A DNA stretch of 64,000 nt from Psammoneis japonica (lineage: Eukaryota). The notes under the pieces were generated by a model. That model worked only from the letters and a program-made list of their open reading frames with translations, searched no databases and was not told where the DNA came from. The position numbers were made by a program, and so were the translations under genes. Shown here in pieces: positions 25,401-36,236 of this stretch (its first letter is position 1; every line of letters begins with the position of its first letter). The stretch lies in assembly GCA_008632985.1 (NCBI GenBank), contig QPGO01000072.1, positions 186,001-250,000 on the forward strand, written 5' to 3'.

Positions 25401-27267
25401 TTCTTTCTACCTTGCTCTTTCATTTTCTTTCGGTACCGGCGTCTTCGTATCATCAGAGAACAACGAAAACGGCTCAATTTCGTCATTTATAGCCATGTGT
25501 AGAAGCTCTTGAGCTTTCCCATAAATTTCATACACCATGGGATCGCCCCGCGCCAACGTCAAAACAAATTGAAGCAGCTCTACATGAAGAGCCGCTCCGA
25601 GACCATTTAGTTTCCCCGTCCATCCGTTTGTTAGCAAAATCGATTCAGGATAAAATGCGGGATATTTTCCATTTGTCACGACAATGCTCAATGTCATTTT
25701 GCTATCATCGTCAGCAATGGACGGAAGCTGGATTGCGACATTGGTCGACCCGCTCTTGTCTCGCGTAATCTTGCACTCCTCCAAAGGAAAAATCGCTTCT
25801 AATGCTTCTATTTCTTCTCGCATCACCTCCAAGTTTTCTTCTTCTTCTTCTTGGTGTTCGGTAGCAGCCTCATCTGCCAGCAAAGAAGAAGCATTTGCTG
25901 CATCGACAAACGTGGAATACACGGCTTGTTCCAAGGAGGAGGTCTGAGCTCTGTCTAAAACACGCATAGCCTCCGCGGAGGTTAGCCCGTACATTGCAGA
26001 GCACGATTGCACCTCCTTGGTCGGTTTGCCTTTTTGTTCCTTTTTACTGGGCGCAGCGACGATATCCAAAGTCCCTCCTCTGGGGTCAAATCCTTCCGGT
26101 AGGTCATCTTCACTCAAATGTATGCTACAAGTAGGCACAAAAGGATGAGAACGAGTATGAACCAGAAAAGCCAGCTCAGCATACCACCTACCATAACCAT
26201 TGAAGACATTCGTCATGAATCCGATCCCACTCTTCCTCATCTTGATCTGCTGATGCGTTTTTGGCTTTCACGACCTGACTGTAAGCTGTCCGTGATTGTG
26301 CTATTGTGAATCCTTCATGTGTCAGCCGCTCCATCACGTACGCTTTCAAATCATCTTCTTCCTCCTCTTCTTCTCTGGACTGAGATCAGTATCTTGTGCA
26401 TGGATGAGTAGATCTGCCAAGTTGGAGTCTCCTCGAAGCAGTGCTTCAATCTGTTTTCGACAGTTGGCGACAAAAAGACTTGATGGTCCCGATTGGCCAT
26501 TCGAATGGCTTCGTGCTTTCGAATGCGCTCTTTTCGCGCCTTGTTCTTTTCCATTTGTTGCAACCGCCTCTCAGCGACAGAAGCATATCCCTTGGCGGAC
26601 CTGAGATTGATGGAAGCGGTTGCTCCCGAAGAAGAAGAATTGGATGCCGGCTTTTTGTTTTGTGCAGTACTGTTGTTGTTGGAAGCTTGCTTCTTGTCGG
26701 TTGTACTAGCAGAAGGTTTCGACGCCGATACCGCATGCAACCAAGTAGTTTTATAGGGCTCTGGTAATTTGCGTTCATGAGGAAGGCTAGGCGACAAGTG
26801 CAAGAGGCCCAGCAACGCAGCCTCTCCTTGGCTTGCTCTTCGTTCGGACAACTCTTGTTTGGAACGAGAATCACGTCATGATCCGTCCCCCGTTTCGAAG
26901 CCTTGGCATCCTGAATAATCACTCGATACAGATACTTGTCATTTAGACACTTGTACTTTGGTCTCGGGCGGCCCTCTCGTTTGCAGACTTCTTCCAAAAG
27001 CCTCGTCGGAAGCCGTTGCCATTGTTCCAGTTTGGTCTTGCCCACGTTGGTCGTCACAGCTTCCTTGGCGACCGAGGCAGTCTGACCCGAGGCTCCTTTT
27101 TGTTTATGGCCCTTACCACCCCATGCCTTGGTAGTTGGATCCCATTTGTGACCCTTGGAAGGACGAGGTGGACGATTTCCGCATGTGCAAGTATAAGGGT
27201 GTTCACAAGAGCATTCCGCAGTCGACTTGTTGGATGTTGCTTTTGAGGACTTGTTCTTTTTTCCCAT
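22435..27267 (-). CDS. DEAH-box RNA helicase, DHX57/DHX29-like (multi-exon, with apparent 1-2 nt frameshifts)
   Basis: Motifs GATGSGKTTQ, QPRRLAA, DEVHER, MSAT, LVFLPG, STNIAETSITI and QRRGRAGR, plus an RWD-like region and HA2/OB-like C-terminus. GT-AG introns read at 26125-26191, 25074-25170, 23864-23952 and 23442-23526. Frame breaks near 26825, 26465, 25410 and 24390. Confidence 0.88.
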
Positions 27268-27806
27268 GGCTCTTTCTCTACAGAGAGTTAGAGAAAAACT
27301 ACTAACTATGTCTTACAGGCAATCAGGATATGATAAGGGATATAACAGGAGTACTTCAGAGAAATGCTGTGACGAGTGACGAGGCAGAGTGTACCTTGCC
27401 ATGGTCGACGATCGGTGGTCGGCATTTCGAAAATTGTCACAGCCCGCCCGCCGATGGACAGACAGGCAAGAAAGGATGACATCCGCTATTCAGTCACGGA
27501 TATTTGATTTTGACGGGTCGGAACAAAATCGAATCGCCAGGATCATCGCGAACGAAAAGCGCACAAAACAGACACACGTATCGCGACTTGTTGCTGCTCA
27601 AGCAACATCGATCATAAAAAAACAACAGAAGCTTTGCGAGCAACGTGATAACCTCGTGGATGATTCGGTGCTGTTCCCAGAAGCATTCGAATGCCAAGAG
27701 GCTAGAAAAAAGTGAGACAGGCGGCAAAATAACGAAAGAAAAAAAAACAGAAGAACTGAACCGTCCACAGAAGCAGCATAGTATCATAATTGAATAGTTG
27801 TCAAGC

Positions 27807-30800
27807 ATGAATAAGATTGACTTTTCCAATCTGGAACTGTATGGTCGAGAAGAGGAGTTCAATGTGATTCGAGATGCATACACTCGAGTGAAGGATGCCA
27901 AATCATCGTCCTTGGAAATCGTCATGGTGAAAGGCTACTCGGGGACTGGAAAATCATCTCTTATTCGCAAGCTTCAGAGGTGGATGCTTGAAAACACTCC
28001 AGACGACAATGGGTACTTTGTGTCTGGAAAATTCGATCAACAAAGAACAGCAGAGCCATACTATGCACTTGCGGCAGCATTCAACGAATTGTGTGATCTG
28101 ATCGTTGCTTCGAGTGACAAGGATCAGACCATCAAGTATTTTATGGATGCTGTGGGAAGCAAGGGAAAAGTTTTGTTGGATGTTGTGCCCAAGCTGAATA
28201 AGCTTATAGGAGACGTGAAGAGCGATGGCCGACGTGACGGTACGACAACTACAGCATTGAACCAACTAAAGTTTGTGTTTCGTGCCTTTGTGAGAACCGT
28301 CTGCGCCGTGACAAAGCACCCTATCGTTCTATTTTTGGATGATTTGCAATGGGCCGATGCGCCGTCGTTGGAGTTGATAAAGTCGCTCATGAGTGATTCG
28401 GACAAAACACGCGTGCTCTTTATTGGTTCTTATCGTGACAATGAAGTCACTGAGAGTCATCAGTTTATGAAATGCATGAAGGATTTGGAGAGTGAACGGC
28501 ACATTACCTATATCCAGCTGGGTAATTTTGCTGTCGAATCGGTCAACGATTTGATATCCAGCTTGACAGAACTGAATCCGACCAACACTCTCCCACTTTC
28601 GGAGATTATCTATCACAAAACAAATGGGAACATTTTCTTCGTCCTTCAATTTTTACGCATGCTTCAGGATGAGGGGCTATTATACTTTTCTCTCCAGACT
28701 TATGAATGGTCATGGGACATGGACAAGATCAAGGCTCAAACGAATCTTTCAGACAATGTTGTCGATTTGATGGCAAACAAGATTAAGCGAATGCCCATGA
28801 AGACCCGTGCTGCATTGAAGCTTGCGTCGTGTCTGTGGTCTACTTTTGATGTAGGTCTGCTACAGGAGGTCTTATTGAAGGGAAGAGTCAAGATGGAAGA
28901 TGCGGGGATGACGTGTGAACACATCATTTGCGCTACGGACGACCTTGGTGCTCTTTTGGACCATGCAGCCGACGAAGGCTTGTTGGATAAGCTGTCTGAT
29001 ACGAGGTATAAGTTTGCCCATGATCGTATTCAGCAGGCAGCATATGAGCTCGTCCCCGAAGGACGGGAACGAGAACAGCTTCACCATTGGATAGGCGGCC
29101 TATTGTGGGAAATGACAGAGTCGTCGTCACGGAGTGACGAATGGATGTACTTTGCCGCAGCAGATCAAATGAATCGTGGTGCTGCTCTCATTACCGAGAG
29201 CGAGAAGCGCATAGAACTTGCAAGGTTGAATTTGGTCGTGGGACTTAAAGCCATGTCTCTATCTGCGTTCGTACCTGCTTTGGGATATCTCAAGTCTGGG
29301 CTCGGACACCTGCCGGAGAACTCTCGGTGGCGAGATCACTACGAGCTCACTTTGGAGCTAAACAACGCATTGCTAAGCATGGAGCACTGTTGCGGATCCT
29401 ACGAAGGAACCAAAAAGGTTGCTGATGAGATCTTGGCTAATGCCAAGTCATGCAAAGACAAGATCGACTGCATGTACACGATGGGACATTCTCTTATTGC
29501 TCAACAACGGCATCCGGAAGCTGCCGAGCTGTGCTATACGATGCTGGCCAATCTAGGCGAACGCCTACCGAAAAGAGTCTCAAAAGCCACCGTCGCATTC
29601 GAATGCTTGAGACTCTCAAGACATCTACGAGACAGAAGCGATGAAGAGCTTTTGAACCTTCCGATGATGACGGACGAGATGAAGATTGCTGCAGCAAGAT
29701 TCTACGACTTGATGCACACAAGCAAGTCGCATCTAAGCCTGGTCCAGTACGCAGCGGTGGTAGCAATGCGGATGTTGAGATTGACGTTGAAATTTGGGCT
29801 TTGCGATGAATCACCAATCATTTTTGTACTTTGGGGTCAGGTTCTTATTGGAGAAGGTGATATCAAGGGAGGCTTTCGATTTGGCAAGCTAGCCCTTCAG
29901 CTGGCCGATCGCATCGATTCTAAGATTGTAAAGTCAAGAACAGTGACGCAATTTGCGGTTACTATCAGCCACTGGCGTGAGCCACTCCAGAACAGTTTGG
30001 ATCCGTTGATGGATGCACACAAGACTGCAATGCTTGCGGGCGAGATCACATTTGCATTCACTGGGATATTGGGTTATCAAGTCATGTACTTTTATGGCGG
30101 GCTTCCTCTGGAATCGGGTGTCGAAGACATGCTGGCTTTCAATAAACAGATGAAGGACTATCACCAAAAGATGCTTTATCACGCTCAAGCTCCTGTTCTA
30201 CAAATGATGTTAAACTTAATGGGTCGGTCGGAGGATGTATTGACATTGACTGGCGAGGCCATGGATCAAAGTGATTTTGAGGACCGCGAGAAGAATCCTT
30301 TGGAGTTCGGGCTTCAAGCCATTGCTTCCTGTAGAATGCAGCTTGCATATTACTTTGGCGACTTGGACCTTGCTGCAGAGCTATCTAGGAAGCTACAAAG
30401 CATTCGTGAAATCTCCTTTGCCGCCAGTTACTTCGTGTGCGCTCGGGCCATGTTCTTTGGGCTGATATCGGTTGCGCTTGCTCGAAAAACCAAGAGACGC
30501 AAGCATGCAGCTGAAGCTCGAAAGATTATTACGGATATGGAGAAGAAGTGGGTGAAGCGCGGGGCTGTAAATGTTTTGCACAAGTTACTTCTACTAAAGG
30601 CTGAATACGCTACTCTGAGTACGATCAACTCCGCCGAGAAAGTAAGGGAGGCGTTTGACTCAGCAATATCAACAGCCAGGCGATCAGGATTCACGCAAGA
30701 TGAAGCTCTTGCAAACGAGAGATCTGGGATGTTTTTCTTGGAACGGAATGACAAGTTCTGGGCTTCTTCATACTTGTCACGTGCACATGAATTGTACACT

Positions 30801-30977
30801 GAATGGGGGGCGCTTGCCAAAGCGGATGATCTCGAGAAGACACATGGCTCGTTGCTGCTCACCGATCGGGAACAGCACTACGCATCACATTTGAGAGGCC
30901 GGCAGCGTTTTTCAGATGAGCCAGCCAAGAGTCACAAGAGCCTCGACACAAACGAGCTCTTTCGGCACAGCTTCTGA
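27807..30977 (+). CDS. STAND/AAA_16-type ATPase with helical (TPR-like) C-terminus, COG3899-like, copy 1
   Basis: Intronless ORF, first ATG at 27807. Walker A GYSGTGKS, SGKFDQ, Walker B LFLDDLQWAD, KTNGNIFF, FAHDRIQQAAY, DEALANER. Confidence 0.9.
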   Translation: MNKIDFSNLELYGREEEFNVIRDAYTRVKDAKSSSLEIVMVKGYSGTGKSSLIRKLQRWMLENTPDDNGYFVSGKFDQQRTAEPYYALAAAFNELCDLIVASSDKDQTIKYFMDAVGSKGKVLLDVVPKLNKLIGDVKSDGRRDGTTTTALNQLKFVFRAFVRTVCAVTKHPIVLFLDDLQWADAPSLELIKSLMSDSDKTRVLFIGSYRDNEVTESHQFMKCMKDLESERHITYIQLGNFAVESVNDLISSLTELNPTNTLPLSEIIYHKTNGNIFFVLQFLRMLQDEGLLYFSLQTYEWSWDMDKIKAQTNLSDNVVDLMANKIKRMPMKTRAALKLASCLWSTFDVGLLQEVLLKGRVKMEDAGMTCEHIICATDDLGALLDHAADEGLLDKLSDTRYKFAHDRIQQAAYELVPEGREREQLHHWIGGLLWEMTESSSRSDEWMYFAAADQMNRGAALITESEKRIELARLNLVVGLKAMSLSAFVPALGYLKSGLGHLPENSRWRDHYELTLELNNALLSMEHCCGSYEGTKKVADEILANAKSCKDKIDCMYTMGHSLIAQQRHPEAAELCYTMLANLGERLPKRVSKATVAFECLRLSRHLRDRSDEELLNLPMMTDEMKIAAARFYDLMHTSKSHLSLVQYAAVVAMRMLRLTLKFGLCDESPIIFVLWGQVLIGEGDIKGGFRFGKLALQLADRIDSKIVKSRTVTQFAVTISHWREPLQNSLDPLMDAHKTAMLAGEITFAFTGILGYQVMYFYGGLPLESGVEDMLAFNKQMKDYHQKMLYHAQAPVLQMMLNLMGRSEDVLTLTGEAMDQSDFEDREKNPLEFGLQAIASCRMQLAYYFGDLDLAAELSRKLQSIREISFAASYFVCARAMFFGLISVALARKTKRRKHAAEARKIITDMEKKWVKRGAVNVLHKLLLLKAEYATLSTINSAEKVREAFDSAISTARRSGFTQDEALANERSGMFFLERNDKFWASSYLSRAHELYTEWGALAKADDLEKTHGSLLLTDREQHYASHLRGRQRFSDEPAKSHKSLDTNELFRHSF

Positions 30978-31254
30978 TGGCAACGTGCTGGTTAACAGTG
31001 ACCCGTTGTGATGCATCTCGAGCTAGAGCGAAAATTGAAATTGTGAGGCCAGAATTAGAAATCCCTTCATAGTGCCGTCTACGGTACATCGACGTACGTA
31101 ATCAGTTAATGATGATGACTAATAGTGTGTCATTATTCATTGTAGTCCCTGTGCTGTTTACATAATAAATAATAACAAATCAAAATAATGTACTTGCCCG
31201 CCACATCCTTTCAGGGGTGGCTGATGGGTGAAGCTTTCGTCGCCGACGTGATGG

Positions 31255-34200
31255 GCGCAGCACCAAGGACACATGCGCGAAGAATCATGTTGAAAACTGG
31301 CCCAACCAGCACTGCATCTGTGGTGCACGCTCCTCACATGAAAGGCCACAACCCATGAAAAAGCTCAGGAAGTGGGTCAACCCAAAGATCCTCTTTACCC
31401 TGGAGAGTGTGTGCCCCATGCTGGGTGGGATGGGAGGAACCTTGTTGGCTGTGTTCATTGCACTGCCCTTTCAAGACTCCATTGAGAGTGCAGCTGTGCC
31501 ATCATGACCTTGGCCAACCATGGCAACAAAGAGAAGAGGGCAAGGCTCATTCGCAAAATTGCTAGGAGGAGGAGGAGTTTGACATGGATCAGGCCATCAC
31601 ACTGCTGTTCCTCTCAAAGCAAGTTTTGCCAGATGAGCTTGGGGTCTTCTTTGCTCCTCCTCTTTGTCAACCAGAGCAAAGATGCAGCCCCTTGAGAGAA
31701 AGCTGCAACCAAGTGCAGTGTGAAGGCATTTGGTGAGGAGTTTTCCAAAAGATTTCATCACAGCACCACTGAGCTCTGTCATTGGTGCCAAAGGGCCAGC
31801 CATGAACTCAACTCTTGCAATGAGTGCTTTGGCCAGGACACAACTGGAAATGTGGTGTGAACACCTCACTGGGTTGTCAACCCAGTGCCTGAGTGCTGCA
31901 AGCTGGCACATTGGCCAAAGGCTCTTCATTGCCAGCAAAGATGTCCCAAGGGATGAGGGGGGATCACAGCTGTGACCAGGGTGAGGCACTGTTGGGAAGT
32001 GTGACCACCAAAGCTTTCTCACACATTTTGGTGGGCAAGAAGACACCCCCCATTCCATGGCTCTGGTGCTCTGCTGGTCTTGCTGTGCTGTGGGATGGTG
32101 ACTCTGTCTCAAACAAAATTTGCACTGAACTGCTGAAGTGTTCATGTTGGCCACTCCAGCAGAGCCATCTTGGCAAAGCACCTTTGCTTTGGAAGGAGCC
32201 AGTTCTCAGAGACTCCAGCAGCTGTCTCACCAGCAAAGTCATGGTGCTGACATGACTGCCAGCTCTTGGCAGACAATTTCTCTTGCAGTGACACTGAATG
32301 ACTTCAGCCCACAATGCTCTGTGCTGCTGTGCTTGCCACCAATGCAAGGAATGTGCCAAAAACTTGAGCCTCTGCCACCTCTTTTTCTTTTGTGTTCATG
32401 CTGTCCAAGGCATGGTGCCAATCAAGCACATGTGGCCAGCCAGGAGGCTGGTTGTCAACCTGGCTCAGCAACAGCATGTGTTGCCTGTGCCAACCCACCC
32501 AGCACACGCAAGACCTGCAGCTTTGGGAGCTGCTGTCAAGGCTGCTGGAGTGAGAAGCCTTTTGTCCTCTGTTTCCCATGGCAGCTGAAGCTGCTGGAGT
32601 GAGCTGCTGCTGCAGCTTCTCCAGCATGCTTCTTGGCTGGCTCCTGTCCAGTCCCCCTAGAAAGGTGGTGCAGAGCTGCCATTGCCCTGAATGGTCTGGC
32701 CCCTTCCACCCTGCATCTCTCAAGCATCAGATCAACAGCCTTGTGCTTTCCAGCTTTCTGTGAGGTTGCTGAGCTCCCTGCTTGTTGGCCCCTCACACTG
32801 CCTTCTTCTGGTCTTTGCTCGGATGATGAGAAAAGGCACAAAGCTCACCTCTTGCACTGTCTTGGGGCAACACATCACATTGTTGCAACAGCCACACACT
32901 TTGCGCTGTCCACACAATCTTTCCCAGCCTTGCAGGTGTTCTTTCCTGCACTCAATGAGGACAATGGACCAAAAAGAGTTTGTGCCCAGTGCAGCCCTTG
33001 CACATTTTCTCTCTTGTGGGAGAGTTGAATTGCTGCGGCCCTGGCTCTCCATTGAAGTTCAGCAGCACTTGCTTGTCATGCTCTTGAAGAAGCCCCTCAA
33101 GCTTGTTGATGATTCTCAACTGCCCTGTTGCACTGCTGTCCATGACAACATTGTGGCTGGATTGTTGCTGCATCTGTGGGTGTGGTTTGTTGTGACAGGG
33201 CAAACAAGACAGTGGAAAAGGAGCAAGCATCAAGTGTGAGGTGTGAGAGCTGGCCCTGCTGGTGGTCGACTGTTGTTGTTCCCTTCACCCCGGCTCAATG
33301 TGTGTCCTTCTTGAGTGGCAATTCCACACTCCCGGGTGCCTCTGATGGACATTTTGTTCTACAACATTTCTTAAAATGCGACATCCATCACTGTGCATGA
33401 GAGACAAGAGAGGTGCTTGTTGAGCATTTGAGCTTGTCGAACGCCCAATTTTCTGAGAGCACCGACCTCGCGTAAATTCGCAAAACGACATGAAAAACCA
33501 ACAAACAAAAAGCAAGCAAACAACACACCGCGATGCACGACGCACATCAAAATCATTGTGGGAGCAAAAGATGCCACTTTCATTGCAGCTGGCTGTCCAT
33601 GTGCAGTGAACAGGACCCCAAAAGGCAGCAATTGGAAGTTCCTCTTTGTCTTTTGAAGGACCAGAAATGCTAACTTTCGAAAAGTTCCCCACCTCTCTGA
33701 CATGTCATGTCAAGTGAAATGGGCTTCAAGTCGTTTCTGGGGCCCAATCCCGGTGGCTGCCTTGCTTCAGCTGTTCGGCGCGCATTGGAACATGCCCTGG
33801 ATCCAGGCAACGATGATCCACATCACCGTGATCATTGGTGGTCCTGGAAGGACTGGCCCATGGATGGTCGTCAGTGGACTCGGAGAGACGGAGGATCGTA
33901 CAAGCTCGATCGAAGCTGTGTCGGTGAACAGAAGAAACGTTCGGAGCAAATGGACAACTGTTGCGGAACCAAGATCTGGTCGAGCGCAAGCTAGAAGGTG
34001 TGATGTGGGATTGTGACAATCCTGGAACGCAGGTGCGAGCCACAGGAGATTTCGATGTTGATCTGTTTGATGTGTCGGCAGAGGATGACACAACTCTGCT
34101 CATGCAGGTGATGGTGGAATTCCGGAAACGTTTCCAAAAATTTGACGAGCAAGCTGAGTGGGACCCTTCTGTTGCCGCAGACATGAAGGGGACGAGGCCA

Positions 34201-35600
34201 GATGCAACACTGAGAGAGCAGTTTGAAGAAGCGGATCATTTCAGTCCCCTCCGTGTGAGATTCGGACTGATTGAGGAAGAAACACTCGTGCTTGGAAACT
34301 TGTCCATCTTTTGGTGCACTGGTGCGTTTGCAACAAGGGATGAGCAGAGAAAAACCCAAAGTGGAGAGGTGGACGAGGGAGGGACACTTTGCATTTGTGC
34401 AGATGCTTTCTTGGTGCATTTTCACGCTGGTGTTCCTCGGACGACCTTGGTTGTTGCCGAGGTGCCCCTCTTGTCGCCAGTGGAACCGAAGCTGTTCATC
34501 AAAAGCACTCATGATCATGTTGCAGGAATCTGTCTTTTTGACGCTGCTCAATTCAACCAAGACTCAGAGCCAACCATTTTGAAGCCTGCCAATGCAGTGG
34601 TGGATGAACCACCGAAGAGCGTTCTCTGCGCTGTCTGTGTTGAGTCTTGTGACTGTGATTTCGAGTCATTGGACGACGGCCCGAAGGAATTGATGCTCGA
34701 AGATTGTGGTCTGACCCTGCTGCGTGCCATGCAACAGTGTGTCAAATCTAACGAGAAGGCATTGCTGAAAGCGCCTGCAATTCACACGCCACCGTATGGT
34801 TCCAAGCAAGCCATCGGCTTGCCGCCGGTTCGCACCCTCTGCTGCCACCAGACTGTCTGCCGAGGAGACCCCCGCTGGCCAAAGATTCCTCCAAACTCGG
34901 TTTGCCTGCAATGTGGCAAGGGCCCAAAACATCCAGATGAAGCGATGCGAATCAGAAACCTAGATCAGTGCTCGAAATGTCGAGTCCGACAGTTCTGTTC
35001 CAAGGATTGTCTCAAGAAAAGTTGGAAATGCAAGAGTTGGCCCCACAAGTGCGAGTGCAACAAGAAACATGAGCATGACTTGTCAACTGTGGGTGTGTCC
35101 ATGTGCAATCAGCTCCACGAAGCTGCGGGCGAAGGTGCTTTGAACGTGACCCCGGACAATGAACAGCATCTGCAGGACATTTACGAGAAACTGGAAAAAG
35201 GAAAGTTCGACCGCGTTCCTGGCAGTCTAGAGGAGCTGCACGAGCAGCAAGAGCAGTCAGCTGAGAAGGCAAGGGCAGCCCATCGAAACAAAAAGAAGAA
35301 GAAAAAGGAAAGAAAAAAGAGATCTCCGAAGGCCAGCTGATGGCGCCGCAACGTTTCGCAAGTCCTGCTTTCTCACAGGATCCTTTCTTTTCGCAAGCGA
35401 CATCCTGAAACCACAAAAAGAGAGCCTGCAGCATGAACAAAAGGCTGAACTTTAGAACAATTCTTGAACTGGAATGTTTTTCACAGATTGCTTCTACCAC
35501 ACCAAAAGGCTGAATGTGCCACTCTGAGTGCGACCAACCAACACCGCCGAGAAAGCAAGGGAGGCGTTCAACTCAGCAATGTCCACAGCCAGGCAATCAG
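31255..35600. other. Hypermutated domain 2 (insertion within the ATPase cluster)
   Basis: Abrupt loss of TpA from about 31200. 31260-33400 lacks both TpA and most CpG. 33450-35340 lacks TpA but keeps CpG. Confidence 0.85.
33707..35340 (+). pseudogene. MYND zinc-finger protein, TpA-mutated
   Basis: CLQCGK...CSKCRVRQFCSKDCLKKSWK...HKCEC matches the MYND spacing. Only 2 Tyr in the 459-aa ORF. Probable frameshift near 33960; the 5' end is uncertain. Confidence 0.7.
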
Positions 35601-35890
35601 GATTCACGCAAGACGAAGCTCTTGCAAACGAGAGAGCCAGAGCAGTCTTCTTGGAACGGGACGACAAGTTCTGGGCTTCTTCATACTTGTCGCGTGCACA
35701 TGAATTGTACACCGAATGGGGCGCGCTTGCCAAAGCATGCGATCTCGAGAAGACAGACGGCTCGATGCTGCTCACGGATCAGGAACAGCACTGCGTGTCA
35801 CATTTGAGAGGCCGGCAGCGTTTCTCAGATGAGCCAGCCAAGAGTCGTAAGAGCCTCGACATAAACGAGCTCTTTCGGCGCAGCTTTTGA
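35433..35890 (+). pseudogene. Internally deleted third STAND ATPase paralogue
   Basis: 35370-35472 resembles the upstream region and start of copy 2 (atgaacaaaaggct). It is fused directly to sequence matching the last about 410 bp of copy 1 and its 3' flank. Confidence 0.85.
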
Positions 35891-36236
35891 TGGTAACCTG
35901 CTGGTTCAATGCGACCCGTTGCGATGCATCTCTCGTGAAAATGTGAGGCCAGAAATCCCTTCACAGTACTGTCTGAATCGACTTGCGTAATTAAAATGCG
36001 TGTATTGATGCATATACAATGGTTTATGGCTATTCATTTTGGAAAAGTGATAATATATTTAAAATTTCAACATACGATATCCTCTCATTCAGGGGTGGTT
36101 GATGGGTGAAGCGTGAAGCGTGAAGCTTTTCGCCGCGACGCGCGATGATGAGCTTGGAGCTATCCATAGACCTAATCCTGCTCACAGATCGCAGTCGCAA
36201 GTGACGCCCTGAAAACACAAAACGAGAGCTTGTAGC

